A program made the translations under genes and the position numbers. The notes beneath the pieces are model-generated. The model ran no database searches. It was not told where the DNA came from and saw nothing but the letters and a program-made list of their open reading frames with translations. 64,000 nucleotides of DNA from NCBI RefSeq assembly GCF_006345805.1, contig NC_042997.1:8928001-8992000 (forward strand). The letters run 5' to 3'. This DNA is from Octopus sinensis (taxonomy: Eukaryota). Of the stretch, positions 50,160-63,879 are shown piece after piece (position 1 is the stretch's first letter; every line of letters begins with the position of its first letter).

Positions 50160-50485
50160 TCTGAGACCCACTACTGACCATAGGATTGCACCTAGAAAGT
50201 TACCCTCCCAGGCACAAGTCCGGGCAAGGTTGTTTATGGAAGACCAGCAGCCACCCATGCATGCAGGTCTCACCTCTCCATGCCACTAGTGTTATCCAAG
50301 GGAAAGGCAAAGGTCGATACAGCTTGGGACCTGTGACGTCGCAACTCCTTTCTATAGCTGAGTAAACTGGAGCAACGTGAAATAAAGTGTCATGCTCAAG
50401 AACGCAACACGCAGCCCGGTTCAGGATTTGAGCTCACAACCTCACAATCATAAGCTCGACACTCTAACCACTGAGCCATGTGCCT
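50160..50485 (-). mobile_element. Family B CORE-SINE with alternative tail
   Basis: ggcaaggttgtttatggaagacc...gtcatgctcaagaacgcaacac...ctaaccactgagccatgtgccttc. Confidence 0.75.
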
Positions 50486-50519
50486 TCACTCATACATTCA
50501 TATATATATATATATATAT

Positions 50520-50922
50520 CAAATCAAATCAGATATCAGAAAGCAGAACCAAAATCGAAGTCGATCAACATCAATGGAAATTGCAGCTGTGATACCAGTG
50601 CCGGTGAAAAGTAAGCGAACCATCCGATTGTGGCCGTTGCCAGTGCCGCCTCGACTGGCCTCCGTGCCGGTGGCACGTAAAAAGCACCATCTGTCCGTGG
50701 CCGTTTGCCAGCTCCGTCTGGCACCTGTGCGGGTGGCACGTAAAAAGCACCCACTACACTCACGGAGTGGTTGGCGTTAGGAAGGGCATCCAGCCATAGA
50801 AACACTGCCAGATCAGACTGGACCTGATGCAGCCTTCTGGCTTCACAGACCCCAGTTGAACCGTCCAACCCATGCTAGCATGGAAAGCGGACGCTAAATG
50901 ATGATGATGATGATGATGATGA

Positions 50923-50925
<3 letters not shown>
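50520..50925 (+). mobile_element. 5'-truncated RTE 3' UTR/tail
   Basis: aaatcaaatc...ggtggcacgtaaaaagcacc units...ggacgctaaa(TGA)n. Confidence 0.85.
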
Positions 50926-50979
<54 letters not shown>

Positions 50980-52369
50980 TATGTATGTATGTATGTATAT
51001 GTATGTATGTATGTATATATGTATGTATGTATGTATGCATACATGTATGTATGTGTGTCTGTATGATCCTAACTATGAAATGTAATCAAAAATACAGTCA
51101 AGCTATAATACTATGCTGCCACACCATGACCATGTTGATGCCTTCATATATCTAAATGCACAACACTACTTCCTTATTTTCATATCTGAAAAAAATACAT
51201 ATTGCTGAAACAGAACCCAAAGTCTATGCAAGCTAAGCATAGTAGCTGTCCCACTGAATTGTGAATTCTAAGATATATATATATGTATCACTAATACACA
51301 TTTCACACTTGATTTAAAATATTTGTTTCCTAGTCAAGTGTCTTAAAATAATATAAGTAATATAAATAATGTGTCTGTAATAGATTCTTTGATTGTGTTT
51401 CATAGTTTATCAGCCAATTGTCTTATTAATACCTGTTGTCTATAATAAATTATCTCTTCCATTTTGTTCCATAGTTCATCAGTCAATTATCTTACAAATA
51501 ATATAATGCTGTGTGCGTAATAAATTGTCTCCAATTTCCTCTGATAGTTAAGCATTACATTTGAAGACCAGAGCTGATTAAGTTATATATTAACACCTGT
51601 GTTCCTATCTTCGTAAAATGTAACACTAAGGAAAGTAACTCAAATAGTAAGAAAGAAACTTTTGGTTGTTATGGCAATGGTAGTAGCAGACACAGAGGCA
51701 GTGAGTTGGTGCTGACTGTGGTGAATGTTAAGTAATAAGGGTGAGGATTTTGAGAAGTAAGAAGCCATGCCATGTAACATTCATTGCGTCTTTAGTTATC
51801 TCGTTCTCTTTCTTTCTGTATCTTTCTCCATTCAGCAATATCAACGCCAGCATCACCAATGCCGTCTCTGCCACCAACACAACAATGACAACCGATCTTG
51901 CTCTCTCTGCAATCACCAATAGATTTTTGTGTGTGTGTAGGTGTTGGTTTGTTGTAGTGAGCACTCATGTATGTGTGGGTGTCTGTTTAGTTATCTATTT
52001 ATAACATTTATATCTGCCAACGCAGGAAAACAATGCAAATGGACACACACACACACAGATGCATACACATACAATCACATAAATATACTCATACACATAG
52101 GTGAATGTTCACCAAAGAAAACACACAACTACTCATTGAAGCATTATCAAAGAAATGACTGGATATTATTACTGGCAGAAAAAGACAGAAACAGGTTTGT
52201 TGTTGTAGAAGAGATAAATGATTACTTGGCCAGAGGGAAGGGCAACGGAAAGAGAGAGAGAGTAGGAGACAGGAAGAACAGGAGCCGGATGGCAGCAAGT
52301 GCCAGGGTATACTCGCAAGGATTGGGGATCAGGGCATAGATGGGATAGTAGAGTAAAGAAGAGAGAGAT

Positions 52370-52644
52370 GAATGGTGCCACTTAAAAAGCATCCGGTCCA
52401 TGCTCTAAAGTGTCTGGCATCTGGAAGGACATCCAGCTGTAAAAAAACATGAAAAAACTGACCTCACCTGTGTGAGTGCCACATAAAAAGCACTCAGCCC
52501 ATTCTGTGAAGTGGTTGGTCTTAGGGAGGACATCCAGCCATAAAAACCATACCAAAACAGATACAGAAGCATGGTGTAGGCTCTTGCCTGGTCAGCTCCT
52601 GTCAAACCATCCAACCCATGCCAGCATGGAAAGAGGACGTTAAC

Positions 52645-52679
<35 letters not shown>

Positions 52680-52680
52680 A
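52370..52680 (+). mobile_element. RTE tail fragments
   Basis: gaagtggttggtcttagggaggacatccagcc...ccatccaacccatgccagcatggaaagaggacgttaac(TGA)n. Confidence 0.75.
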
Positions 52681-52969
52681 TGAGAGATGTTTATGGCTCA
52701 CACTACCTAAATGAAAATGAACCATGAAATTTACAAGGGTACTTCTTGTATAGATTGTTTAAAATTTGTTTTGGCATAAATAGGCCTCTTTCAGGGATGA
52801 TTCCATGAATACTGGAATATTAGCAAATTTTTCTGGATAAAGATTATCTCTCTCGCAATTATTTTACAAACAAGGGACATTGAAACATCAAAGTGTCTGC
52901 CTAGATTAGACAGAAAATTTGTTTGAAATAGCACTTGTATTTCTTTTAGGAATTTTATTGTGTTATTGT

Positions 52970-55900
52970 TGTGGAGATCACTAGTCAATAGAATTCAAAG
53001 TTCTGGAACTTGTGAGAATGTCCATAAGGTGTCTTGGTTTTTGTTTATGTTATTAGTAAAGTATTGGATTAAGCGTAGACCACAGTAGGGAGTGTAGCAA
53101 GCCAAGTGCCATAAGGCACTCATGCTTCTCTCCCAGATAGGTAATGCCAGTGCGAGGGTTCAGCTTGTCATTCTGTAGGAGGTTGGTAGAAACCAAGTGT
53201 GACAACGCTCAGAGGGAAACCCTGGGCTTCGAGGATGATTAACTTGCCGGCCTGTTCCGAAGAATGTTTGGGTCAGGGCCTATGGATAACTTCCAAAAGT
53301 TCCTGGCTTAGTTGTGTTACTGAGGAGTCTTACCAGTTTATAAGCAACTGGCGAATCTGTCTACTCAACAGAGTTCACCACAGGATATTAATGAGCTGAG
53401 AATAGAGGAAATTGTCAGCTTTGTGAAAGAACAATTTAACCCAAAACATTGCATTGTGCAAGAACGTTTCAAGTTCTGGAGTGACATGCAACGGAAGCCA
53501 GGCAAAACTCTCCAGGAACTGGCAGCATGTATACGACAAGACGCTGCTACCTGTAATTTTCCTTCTATCACAGACCCTCAAAATGAAGCTTTTAGACAGA
53601 GATTCATATGTTCTGTCAGCAATAAAACTGTCTTAAAGGCTCTTTTTAAGATCAAGGACACAGAGCTGGACTTTGCCCGTGCTCTCCAAGTCACAACTGA
53701 GACCAAAGATGCAGTAAAGGTTGCCAAAGAAACTTTCTATAATTCCAAGACCAGGCCTGTCAACAAGGTCAAGCAAACCCAGAACAAGAGTCAACGAATA
53801 AGCCACTAGCAGTCTAATTCCACAGACCCTGAGTTGAAGTGTTACAGATGTGGAAAGACCCATAAAGTGACAAACTGCCCTTATGAAGAAGTCAGATGCC
53901 ACTTTTGTGACAAGAAAGGACATTTGGAAGGAGTTTGTGAGAAGAACCAACGACAGTATCAGGAACATCGTCCAAAACCTTCTGGGAAGAGAATCACAAA
54001 AGCAGAGCTTGTCAAAGCAATCCTAATCTAAATTCCTGACGATATTCCAAGTTAGTTGTGCCAATCACAATCCAGGACTGACAGTTCATGATGTAACTTG
54101 ACAGTGAAATTGCTGGAAATTAAATTTCTTTGCTGATCTGGGAACAACTAGGGAAACCGAAGGTGGATGATGTCAAACATTGCTACTAGTTTGCCTGCAA
54201 GCACGTATTGGGAACTTTCATGGTCAAAACCAAGGATCCAATGACTGGTAAACAAAGCACAATTCCTTACATTGTCACCAAGAGCCTTGACCTGAACTTG
54301 CTGGGATGAAATGCTATCCAGACACTAGGAATTTCTGTAGACAATGCTCTTGGACTGAAATGCATAGAGAGTCAAGACAAGAGTAAGGGTGCAAAAGCAT
54401 CACATCCTTAATCCTCTAATGAGCCTTATGCTTGCTTCCCTGCAATGACACTTCCATAATCTCTGTGACGAGTCTCCAGATCTTTGCAATGAAAAATTGG
54501 GATGTCTTAAGGATTTCAAACTGGAAGGGAAATTCAAGTCTGATGCGAAGTCTGTTTTTCACAAGGTACAACTGGTTCCATTCACTCTTCGGGCTGACCT
54601 GGCTAAAAGTTACGAAAAAGGCATCACAAGAGGAGTCTAGAAGCAAGTCCAGTTCAACGAAAACCAAACGCCAGTGGTACTGATTTGCAATGCACATAAT
54701 CTAGACACACCAAAGCCCAAGTTACGGATTTGTGACGACTACTCAGTTTGCATCAACAATCAACTAGAAGAACACCGTCATCCAATGCCACTCCCAGAGG
54801 AATTGATGCAGAAGTTGGGAGGTGGATATGGTTATATGATGATTGATCTTGCTGATGCTTACAACCAGATCAAACTGGCATTAGAGTTCTCAGTCCTCAA
54901 GTCAAACCATTAGACGGAAACATCCTCCGTCAAGAATCTGGGAAAGATCCTGTGATAAGTACAGTGATGTGTTATGTCTGCAAAGGGTGGCCACCGAAGC
55001 ACACTGAGACAAATGATGAAGTCAACAAGTTCTGGAAGTTGTTGGATTCATTCAGTGTCTACCACAGATGCCTCATCCATAGATCAAAAGTTGTGATTCA
55101 ACAGAACCTACAGTCCAATATCCTAGATCTAATGCATATCGGACACTTTGGCATGGAATGTATGAAGCAATTAACAAGAACTGCTGTCTACTGGCGCAGT
55201 ACTGATGCAGCCATTGAGATGGCTAGTCGACGATGTGACTCATGTGACAGACATCAAAACAAGCCATCCAAGCCTACAGTTCCCCCATGGATGTTACCAG
55301 ATAAGCCATGGAGCCACTTACACATGGATCATGCCATCAACTTCATGGGTACAAACTGGCTGGTGATCATAGACGCTTTCTCACAATATCCATGTATTCA
55401 TCCAACGTCATTCACATCCACTAGAGCCACTCTAGATCTGCTGGAAGAGGAGTTCGCTAACTTTGGATATCCCTACACACTGGTCACACAAACTTTCCTT
55501 TCTGAAGAATTTCAGTGCTGGTGCAAAGAATGTGGGATCACACACCTGACAGGTGCACTATACCATCCAGCTACTAATGGAGAAGCAGAATATTTGTTTG
55601 GCACAGTCTTTCAAACAAGCAGTGAAAAAGTTTTCTCTGCCCCCAAAACGAGCTCTTCAGGAGTTTTTGATGCAGTACTTGAGAACGCCGACATCCTGTG
55701 AACTCTCTCTAAGTGAATACTTGATGTCCCGGCAGGTTCATACTAGGATTGACTCTCTGCTGCCCTCTCCAGCACACAAAGCTCAGGGCAAGCAATCCAA
55801 GGTGTCATCAAAGGCGGAGATAACAACAGACTCAGGAAGTGTCGCCAAGGTAACTAAACAGTACAAGACTGGTGATCCTGTATATGAACTGTGCTATGGA

Positions 55901-56427
55901 CCTTGCCATGACAAGCAGTCCCAATGAGTAGCATCAATCATCACGAAGGTTTTGGGTACTCACTGTTTCAACATCAAGGTTAACCCTCATGGCCCGGTAT
56001 GGAGAGACACTAGGAATAACTACATCCACACTATGCTTCTGTAGAGAACTGTGAACGTAGTGATGAGACTGACATTATTTCCAAACTTCCAACAGATCAT
56101 CCAGTGGAAATCCTGGAAGAAGTGGCACAAACTCAGAGACAGACCAGACCACTTCTATCCAAACCAAACTGCTTGTCCCAGAGTATGAACTGGAAAAATC
56201 TAGATGATCCAAAAGAACATCCAAGCCTAGAAAGAGACTTCATTGTTGATTCTTCCAGTGTAGCATTAGTTCCAATCGGGAGATGTGGAGATTGCTAGCC
56301 AATAGAATTCAAAGTTCTGGAACTCCAGAGAATGTTGACAAGGCATTTTGCTTTTTGTTTACGTTATTATTACAGTCTTGAGTTTTACAGTTGGAATAAA
56401 CAGGCTTCACACCTATCTGGAGTAACA
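52970..56427 (+). mobile_element. Ty3/Gypsy (Mag-like) LTR retrotransposon, decayed, with most of RT/RNase H deleted
   Basis: LTR-like repeats starting tgtggagat..ctag.caatagaattcaaagttctggaact at 52970 and 56284 (latter preceded by gggaga). gag ERFKFWSDMQRKPG and twin knuckles CYRCGKTHKVTNC/CHFCDKKGHLEGVC; RT start HPMPLPEELMQKL...IDLADAYNQI; integrase HIGHFGM...CDSC, WSHLHMDH, DAFSQYP, YHPATNGEAE. Confidence 0.9.
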
Positions 56428-57152
56428 CTGTATTTTCTTTTTTGTAAGTGAATGAAAGAATTTATTGAAACACAGACAACACGCCTATCTGGATTATTAC
56501 TCAATTCTTTGTAAGTAAACAAGAGATCCAAATAAGAGGATTAGTATGAGAAAAAAAGTATAGAAAATGGAAATAAAACTAAATATGTCCTTTTGAAATA
56601 AAGTAGTAATTTAACCTTCTAATACACACAAGAAAATCATGAAAGAAACGATAAACAAGAAAGATAGTAATTGAAAGCATTTGCATTCTCAAGTATAGAC
56701 AGTTATGATTTAGTTTTGCAAACACAAGTTTGCAAAACAAATGAACAAAAGTAACAACATGAGAAGCACACTTGTTGATAAATATAATAAGATGGTAGAA
56801 TATTTAGTGAGTTCAGAGAATCCCAGGGTCTCCTAGAGAAATTTAGAAGTTGAAACAAGACTGCAGGGGTGGAGAAAGAGCATGGATAATTTAGATTTGT
56901 TTAGTTGCTTTATTAAACCTTTTCAATAAAGAATAATACAACATGAAATTTTGGAGTTAGAATTTTATTTGCCTTGTGGAAAAATACGACAATAATAACA
57001 TATGGACAAAATAGATAGCGTTAAGTGTATATAATAAAGTATAACTGAACACGTTGGTCAATATGAGGTTATCTGAATATGTTTATTAGACAACATTTGT
57101 AAATACTTTGTGCATTAGAATAACCAGATAACAATATATTTAAAAACAAAGC

Positions 57153-57385
57153 ACGGTGGCACGTAAAAAGCACCATCTGTTCGTGGCCATTTGCCAGCTC
57201 TGTCTGGCACCTGTGCGGGTGGCATGTAAAAAGCACCCACTACACTCACAGAGTGGTTGGCGTTAGGAAGGGCATCCAGCTGTAGAAACACTGCCAGATC
57301 TGACTAGGCCTGATGAAGCCTTCCGGCTTCACAGACCCCAGTTGAACCGTCCAACCCATGCTAGCATGGAAAACGGACGCTAAAC

Positions 57386-57420
<35 letters not shown>
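57153..57420 (+). mobile_element. 5'-truncated RTE 3' tail
   Basis: ggtggcacgtaaaaagcacc...gagtggttggcgttaggaagggcatccagc...(GAT)n. Confidence 0.85.
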
Positions 57421-57421
<1 letters not shown>

Positions 57422-57925
57422 AGCAACTAACAAAATGAGCTTTTCTAACTTACTCTTTAATCTGCAAAATTTCTATTAACACTATCAAAAGCATTTTTTC
57501 TGGTATTGCTTCTTTCATTACTTTGCCCTACTCCAACAAGTCATATTTTAATTTTGGTACACTTGTAAACTTTAAATGGGTTTAAATATGATTGAGTCTA
57601 TTAAAAGATATTTCTGCTGATTTTCTCCAGCTGGAATTGTCAATTTACTCAAATTAACATAATTGTTCGATATCAGTTCATATAATTTGACAGTTCCAAA
57701 GTTTCCCATTCTGGTTTTCTGAAATATGCTTTCTATACAAACAGAAAATATTGCATCTCTCTTCCAAAATCTTTATCAGTTTATACAGTAGGATAAAAAT
57801 CTTTCTGCTTTATTCTCATACTCACAACATAAAACACAGATACTCAAAAGTAGGTTTGTGTTGGTCTTTTCAGCCTGATTGATATCAAGTGTTTTGAAGT
57901 TGCGCCCTCTTCTCTTTTGACTCAC

Positions 57926-58073
57926 CCCACCCCATAGAAAAGTTTGATTTTCATCAGAAGATCTGGTGCTACCAATATGGGTTCATTCCAGACACTTTTC
58001 CAATTGTTCTGTAACTTCATTGAATCTTCATTGAGAATTTCAAAATTAGATACCTCCACATATTTTGTGACAC
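57926..58073 (-). CDS. Candidate exon of host gene (xVTKYVEVSNFEILNEDSMKLQNNWKSVWNEPILVAPDLLMKIKLFYGV), phase 1 to 2
   Basis: 148 nt open in one frame; acceptor gtcattcaactag downstream of a poly-T tract; donor gtgagt; in frame with 44159-44221. Confidence 0.65.
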
Positions 58074-58267
58074 CTAGTTGAATGACTTTGTTGTGATTAT
58101 TAATTGAAGACAGCCAATATTAAAAGAAAAAAAAACTGTCCAAGCTGTTAAGTTAAACACTAAATGATTTTGCAATGCTAACGAAATTCTTATGAAGTGA
58201 GATGCAAAACGTTTGATATGTTCATGTAATTTCTATTATTTAGGACTGAAGCTATACAAAGTATAAA

Positions 58268-58526
58268 TTATTTCAACTGTTTTAAAATATATTGTGGCTT
58301 CCAGTATGCCTTCAGCTGTGTCATTTCAACACAAATTATAGCATTGCAGCCACATGAGGAAAAGTTTGCTACTGGAAACTGCTCAAATATATTGGTTGGT
58401 TGCCAAGGTCTCAACATAAGTATTGGGGTGTTGCAACTTGTCATGTGTTTGTGCCCTGCATCTTTCAGAGGAATGGCCTGCTCATCCAAGATGCCCAAGG
58501 TTACATGAGCAATCACGAGTTTATTG
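58268..58526 (-). CDS. Possible coding segment (NKLVIAHVTLGILDEQAIPLKDAG...), 3' splice boundary unresolved
   Basis: Good acceptor tttacattttgcag, open frame to 58268, in frame with 59578-59615; no strong donor found. Confidence 0.3.
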
Positions 58527-59577
58527 CTGCAAAATGTAAACTTGAGAGATCGTTATTGCATCACATGTCTAAAGTTTTTGTTTTTTTTTTATTGAAATAC
58601 CACAACAGAAATCTTGTCTACTCAATGTGAAAAAGTATGGAGTTACATTCAAAATAACAGAAAAATATTTTGTAAACTTTCTTTGTAATAAAAAATGTTT
58701 CTTCCCAAAGTGAATACATTCTGAGATTAACTCATTTTGTGACTGGGGAGATAGCTACTAAATTTTAAAGAATTCACCTTTTTTCCAGAATACTCCCCTA
58801 GTACATGCACTAGGGAGTCAAACTTTTATTAGACCTGAGAAGCCTCCATCATTTGGATTTCCAATTTGATGTAATGCTGAACAACATTTTCCATAAAAAG
58901 GACATCAATCATATGCTTGCAACTTCATGTTATTTCATTGTTTTAGTTTGGATGCTCCAAATAAATACTCAACTTTTTCCAAGATGAAAGATGCTTATGA
59001 CATTACTCCAAGAGCTAGAGCTTAGATCTTTTAATTACTGGAAATAAATTTAACACACCTTGTGTTTGCTAATTTCTTAATATCACAAAACCTTCATATA
59101 GTTCAAGGTTGGAACTTGAAGCATGAAATTGCATTTACAAAAGCAAAATTTACTGAGTTCATATTATTTAGAATAATAATGAATAATATTAGAATAATAA
59201 TGACGCATATTATTTAGAATAATGTACCATGTAAGTTTAATATACACCTTTAGACACCTCACCATTTCAGCAAGATTAAATATAAACATCTCCCTTTAAT
59301 TGACCGACATATTGTGCTAGCTTCAAATAACAAATTTTTAGTAGCATACGTTCCTATCATTATGAAACAAGTGTTTGTTTTTCATTTTGTAATCAACTTG
59401 ATGATGGGCACTAGAGCTAAATTAATTTGTAATTTTCTGATATTGGGAAACTTGGATTAGAAGGCAAGCAAGGAAAAGCTTTATGGCAAGCAGAAAGCCA
59501 AACTGTAGCATGTACCTTTTACAAATGTAATATTTGGGTTCATATTCCAGAACCTCAAAATCACTGAATTTTGTTAC

Positions 59578-59615
59578 CCACTGATATTATTTGCTCCATC
59601 TATCCCAAATGTTTT
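59578..59615 (-). CDS. Possible exon (KTFGIDGANNIS), phase 0 to 2
   Basis: Acceptor gttgatttcag, donor gtaaca; only one frame open. Confidence 0.3.
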
Positions 59616-60761
59616 CTGAAATCAACTTCGTGCTCAAAGCCAAGTGATAAATTTCTTCATGAAATTCATGTATTTTGTTTGATGTGACTTAACTTCTACA
59701 AGTACCATTCCATATAAACTTTCCTATACTCTTCTATAACTTTAATTAGATCAATATGCTGACTTAATGATAAAATACTGCTGTGATATGGTATTCGTAC
59801 ATTATATTTAATTTCAAATTCTTTAATTTCTATATTTTGAGCCTTTTGAAATTAAATTTAGTTTGCACAATTATTAGTGGTCTTTTATGCTTTCTCATGT
59901 ACTACAGCTGATTACAGATGTTGTGTTAGTTGCCTACTACATTATTATTCTTTCACATGAGCCACTTTTAACCTTTATTATATTGTCTGCTATCATTAGT
60001 GTTCCACTTTCCAATTATGAGAGAACTGTTAATAAAATCAGATAAAAGTTTACAATACAGGGATGTCTACATAATTCTAGCTTGAGGAAACATACCAAAT
60101 TAAAACACAGAAATCACTGAACACAAGTAGGCTTGGCTTCAAAAAAGTAGACAAATATAAACTCTAAAGAAAGCCCTGCCATCTTTTTTTTGAGCTCAAT
60201 TATGTTGTAAACTGAAATTGCCTGCATCAATCCCATGTAAAAAATTATGTTAAAAAATAACAAGGAAAAAAAAACCTTTAAAAATAAATCTTCATATTCT
60301 TTTGCAGTATATTTTTTGCTTTAATGAAGTAACAAATAATTATAAACTCTTCGGAAGAAAAGTTTTTTTAATTCGGTCAAAAGAGCCTACAGTGGTATAT
60401 TATCGAGAACACACACTGTGTATATTTTTATGGTACACTAATTTAACAATATCCAACCTCACTTAACTAACTGTAATAATAAGTTAAAGTTATATCAAAT
60501 TAGATTGGTTATGAAAGTACACAAAATATTTACATGACAAATACACTTTCTCTATATTGATAGTTAGGTTAAAAACTACTTCTGGTACAGGTAAGGGCCT
60601 GAAATCAACTAACTTATACTTTATTTTATTGACCTCAGGAGAATGAAAAGCAAAGTTTACCATAGCGAGATTTGAAGTAAGAATAGCAAGTGCCAAGCAA
60701 AATATTGCAAAACATATTTCATCTCTAAGGAGTTTAATAATTCCCCACCCTAAATAGAGAT

Positions 60762-60893
60762 AACTAGCAGTATAACCCGGCTTTGCCTGGGATTAAGTTA
60801 GATAATTAAGTTAATCAAGTTCATTATTTCAAACAAAACTAAAAACTAAGTAACATCGACGTCAAATTTGGGTGAAATCCATTGAAATTGGTT

Positions 60894-60928
<35 letters not shown>

Positions 60929-61320
60929 GCAACACACACACACACACATGTATGTACGTACACCTATTGTATATATGTTTTTTGTATACATACATGTTCA
61001 TGTGTGTGTGTTTCCCATATATCAACAAAACACTTTTCTCCTCGATGGAAAAAAAACAACAAAAGTCTTAAAAACTTACTCATTGATAGAAGGGGACTTA
61101 ACTCCTGTTTGCAAACAATGGTGATTTCTCTGACTTGAAAATTGCTTAAAGTTTTGGTTGAAAATTTATTTTTACTGTTATTCACTGGTGCCTCTGGGAA
61201 AAATAAGTTGACAAAAATACAGCTAAGATCATAACGAATGTCCTCCTAAAATTGGAGCAACATGCATGCTAATTTGTGGACATGCATAAATTATATTCAC
61301 GTACACACACATGAAGGAGA
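60762..61320 (+). mobile_element. Possible non-autonomous Helitron/Helentron-like remnant
   Basis: aactagcagtataacccggctttgcctggg start with short inverted repeat, caaatttgggtgaaatcc and internal microsatellite; family assignment from recall only. Confidence 0.3.
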
Positions 61321-61399
61321 TGGCAGAGGACTGAGATATGTGGTGCATTGCTGTATTTGAGAAAACTCACCCATCACACCAGAATTGAGACCCTAAAAC

Positions 61400-61644
61400 C
61401 AAGGTGTCACATAAAAAGCACTGGTGCTGGTGTCGCTTAAAAAACCACCTGTAACGGTGCACCATAAAAAGCACCCAGTACACTTTGTGGAGTGGTTGGC
61501 ATTAGGAAGGGCATCCAGCCATAGAAACCAAATTTAAACAGACTACAGAACCTGGTGCAGCTCCAGGCCTTACCAGTTCTGATCAAGCCATCCATCTAAA
61601 GCCAACAAGGAAAATGGACATGAAATGATGCTGATGCTGATGAT

Positions 61645-61645
<1 letters not shown>
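61400..61645 (+). mobile_element. 5'-truncated RTE 3' tail
   Basis: cataaaaagcacc units, gagtggttggcattaggaagggcatccagcc, (TGA)n. Confidence 0.8.
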
Positions 61646-61697
<52 letters not shown>

Positions 61698-61846
61698 TAC
61701 ATACATACAGACACACACACACACACACACACATACATATATGTGGTTTTAAATGGTTTTGATTACGATAATTGATTTCTAGAGGTCTGGAATCGAAACA
61801 GCTGTCAGAGATGATGTCAAATTTTTAATTAATAACTAATTATTAA

Positions 61847-62233
61847 TTATCTCTTTATACAGCTGTCTTCATTCATACACATCACATGTCTGAACCAACG
61901 TAGTCTTCTCTCTTGCATTCTACATTTGATTCCTCTTATGCCCAACTTTTCTCTCAATACATTTGCACTTTGTTGTACAAGTGCACTGATGTTACACATA
62001 CAACAGGGCATACTGCCATCATTTCTCTCTAGTCTATGCATGTCTCCTGCATTCAGAGCCCATGTCTCACTACCATAGAGCATAGCCGTTCGTACACAAG
62101 CATCATACAATCTACCATTCATTATGAGAGACACAAAGAGTTCGTTTGTTGCCAACAAAGATAACTGCTTTTGAACTTCCTCTATCCTAAACAATATTTT
62201 CAGAACATCCTCCACCATTGCTAATTCGGTCAA
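61847..62233 (-). pseudogene. RTE LINE ORF C-terminal fragment
   Basis: GRLYDACVRTAMLYGSETWAL...RLERND..M...RRLRWFRHVMCMNEDSCIKR. Confidence 0.9.
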
Positions 62234-63602
62234 CTAAGTAACAGAAACTAACTACAACCTCAAGGGAGTCTCCTGAGGATTTGAGAGAATCTAAGTCATG
62301 TGCGCTCGTAGTGCTTATACAAAGACGACCTTATCTGTTGATCTACCTGTGATTCTACTGCACCTCTTGTGTGTCCATAGCTTACACTGGGTGCAATGAA
62401 TGGAATTACTTCCCATTCGTTTCCTACATATTGAGCAGGGTCACATATATGTATATAGATATGTGTGTGTGTATATATAGACACGTATACACACACATGT
62501 ATATATATATATATATATATGTATATACACTCACTTGTATGTGTCCTCACTAATTCTCATAGGCAATTAAGTTTATCTTATGAGAAAATTTAAATCAAAC
62601 TTACATTTTTCAAAATAGTGCATATATTACAGGTATATTGGAAAAATTATTTGAACTAATTCTGAATGTTGTAGCAACACACTAAAAACTGAATATGAAT
62701 GTGTGATGAACCAAGTTCATATGGCATTCCAAAGGGTCCTACATGTAGCTCTGCTTTGCTTTCATCCTCTAACATTGGGGCCCTAGATGTTATGAAACAG
62801 ATCTCAATTTAAGCTATTCACTGCTTTGGGAAGCTAGATCTGTTATTTTATTCACCCTCAATCCAATTTAGTTTGAAGTTATTGTAGAGTATAATGTGCA
62901 CCAAGAACTATATGACCGACCAGACTTTGTAATCCAGAGAAAGCAGTTTGAAGCTGAAGGAATTGTTAGTAGAAACTGTGAAGAATGCACTTGGAAAAGT
63001 TTAATACTTATTTGATTAAAGGAATTACAGAAGAGAATTCTTCTGCTTATGTATTTGAAAATAGTCTTGGAACAACAAACTGTGGAAGATGAATTCTCAA
63101 TATTAATTTCTGAAGAATTTTCGTGTATTGTTTTAGAATTCTTAAAAACCATTTTGAAGCATCCAAACTAAGCATCCAAAGAATAAGTCCTGGGGTCAAT
63201 TTGCTCAACTAAAGATGGTGCTCCATCATGGCCACAGTCAAATGACTGAAACAAGTAAAAGAGTAACTTCCATAGAGCCACAGAGACATTTAAGGAAATC
63301 AGCTTCCCATGTACCTGTGGTCTTTATAACTCCTGTACATTTCCCACAGGTAAACACTACTTTCTCTAAACATATATGTGATGGACTCTCCTACTGAAGA
63401 TGACAACTATTGCTTTCAACTATTGCTGAACAACGTGCACAAATGATTTACTTATAGTGACCAACTGTTCATGCCACACATTAGCTGACTATCTCCATCA
63501 AATTTACATTGTCTGAACAGGTGTATGATGTACCATATGTCAGGTGTCGAAGGGATTGCAGATCAATGTGAGAGAAACTGTTTTGCAAGTTGTCTACAAA
63601 AC

Positions 63603-63681
<79 letters not shown>

Positions 63682-63845
63682 CATCATCATCATCATCATC
63701 ATCGTTTAGCGTCCGTTTTCCATGCTAGCATGGGTTGGACGGGTCAACTGGGGTCTGTGAAGCTGGAAGGCTTCGTCAGGCCCAGTCAGATCTGGCAGTG
63801 TTTCTACGGCTGGATGCCCTTCCTAACGCCAACCACTCCGCGAGT
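63682..63845 (-). mobile_element. 5'-truncated RTE 3' tail
   Basis: (CAT)n-cgtttagcgtccgttttccatgctagc...ggatgcccttcctaacgccaacc. Confidence 0.85.
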
Positions 63846-63879
63846 GTAATATATATATTTATATATATATGTATATATA

